Positions 62,412-64,000 of a stretch of 64,000 nt of DNA are shown here, piece after piece. The notes below the pieces were generated by a model. That model was not told the origin of the DNA. It saw only the letters and a program-made list of their open reading frames with translations, and did not search any database. The DNA comes from Lama glama (taxonomy: Eukaryota): the NCBI GenBank assembly GCA_028534125.1, contig CM052818.1, forward strand, positions 30,754,001 through 30,818,000, given 5' to 3'. Made by a program: the position numbers and the translations under genes. Every line of letters begins with the position of its first letter. Within the stretch, counting starts at the first letter, position 1.

Positions 62412-64000
62412 CTTTAGAGTTTTTTCAGGCCACTTCACATTGTTGTCACCTTGAGTCCTGAGAGTAGGCACAGTACCTGTCATCTCCATTTTACAGCTTA
62501 GGTGGCCAGCTCAGAGATGGTCAGGGGTCTGTGCACAGCCACACAAGTAAGAGGTGGCAAACCTGGCCTCCTCCTGGGTTTTCTAATTCCAAACGTGGCG
62601 CTCCATTAGCAGGGAACAATGCCTGTTACACAAAAGAAGTACCTTGCTGCCCAAGATAAATCAGGCAGGGCTGATACTTAGTCTTGTTCTTTTGTCCCAA
62701 CTGTCAAGAGCATGGAATTGATCACTTTTTCAATCCGATGCCTTTTATCACGTAGACAGAGCCACTGTGCAAGAATGGAGGTTTCTATTCCAATTTTACC
62801 TCAGACAACTTAGGGGGTTGTGGCAAGGTGCCAGAGTTCTCTGGAAATCAGTCATCCCGCGGGAAGATTCTACAGGTGTACAGTACCTGTGAGTGGGGAC
62901 GTGGTTCCTTTTTCCTTTGTTTCCTTTTCAGAGTCCTGACTCTATTCTTACTGGGGGATCAAGAGCCAAGTGTATGTGTCCAGCATGGGCACGGTGTCTA
63001 GCACACAGTAGGTTCTCAGTAAACCTATGAATGAACTCGGTATCAAGGCAGGGACTTAAGGCATGAAACAGACCCAGTGTCTCACCCAGTGATGCTTCTT
63101 AACATTCACCAGCCAGTTAACATTCAAAGGCCCCCTTGGGGTCATGAGCACCAGGGATACCTCCACCACCGTAAAGCTCTCCCTTCTGCCAGCATCTCTG
63201 GAGAAGGCAAGCACAGCTACTATGGAAAAGTGAAGATTGAGGCTCTGAATATTGATTGGCTGAGTACAAATGAATCCTGACCCGGAGAACATGACAGGGG
63301 ATTCTAACTCCCTGTGGGGAGCCAAGGAAACTCCCAGACACAGGCAGCATGTCTTTGGGCTGCACGCTCTACTATCTGTGCCCCGGTTGGCTTTTTCCTA
63401 TTTATCTGCATCATCTTGCTTTATGGGCCTGTTTCAACACTGCTCACTTATAAGTTAAAATGCAATTTCCAAATATGACCAGGATCCATCTGGCCCTTTG
63501 CAGAGAACTGTGACAATCTGGGAATGAGACAGTTTCTTCCACAGCTTGTAACACACAGAAGACATGCAAGAACTTCCAACTGGCCACGTCTGGATCTAGA
63601 CTCTTCTTAAGATGAGTTAGGAATACTTCTTTAAAGATGAGATATATGTGCGTGTGACCTCATTCTGAAATTTGGAGGGTGAGAGGATCTCGTGCTGGGT
63701 ATGCCCCACAAGGCGCCAAGGGTTGTCATAAGATGCAATGTTTTCAAGCTCGAAGAGGAATCTGAGTGTGACCCAGAGCCCCATAAGGAGGGCATGAGCC
63801 TGGGTCACATTCTGAAGCCAAGGGACCCGCTGCTACCATCTGTCACATCAGGAGCAGTGAAGGATTGCTGTTCAGGCTTGAAGAACAAAAAAAGTAAGAC
63901 CTTGTCTTTATGTGGCCTCATGTTTACAAATGTAAATGTGGTGGAAGGAACTTGTTGGTAAGGAAGTGGACTGGAAAAGCTTTGCCTGATAGTCCGTATC

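Noticed and set aside
47100..64000. CAPN14 coding exons
   Set aside because: No calpain motifs (e.g. QGxxGDCW) visible; very short exons could be missed by eye.

Overview
Mammalian genomic DNA, probably laurasiatherian. The L1 3' ends and the absence of Alu/B1/Bov-tA/CHR/PRE-1/SINEC-type SINEs suggest a cetartiodactyl such as a camelid (inference). The only protein-coding gene I can support is a complete, intact EHD3 on the minus strand: 6 coding exons (46374-46148, 37518-37342, 33473-33376, 25310-24898, 24229-24065, 21371-20844; 227+177+98+413+165+528 = 1608 nt, 535 aa), all introns GT-AG, with a CpG-island promoter at about 46.2-47.1 kb. The rest is intronic or intergenic sequence with L1, L2, MIR, MaLR/ERVL LTRs, DNA-transposon relics and simple repeats; repeat family names are from memory of consensus sequences, not a search. 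I found no new multi-gene system. The most unusual signals are: (1) a ~220 bp L1 3' end with clustered, strand-biased A-to-G changes relative to two sister copies in this window, on an element that also appears 5'-inverted; (2) the EHD linker GPF motif reading SPF; (3) a 5' leader with several uORFs, one in a strong Kozak context and in frame with the EHD3 CDS.
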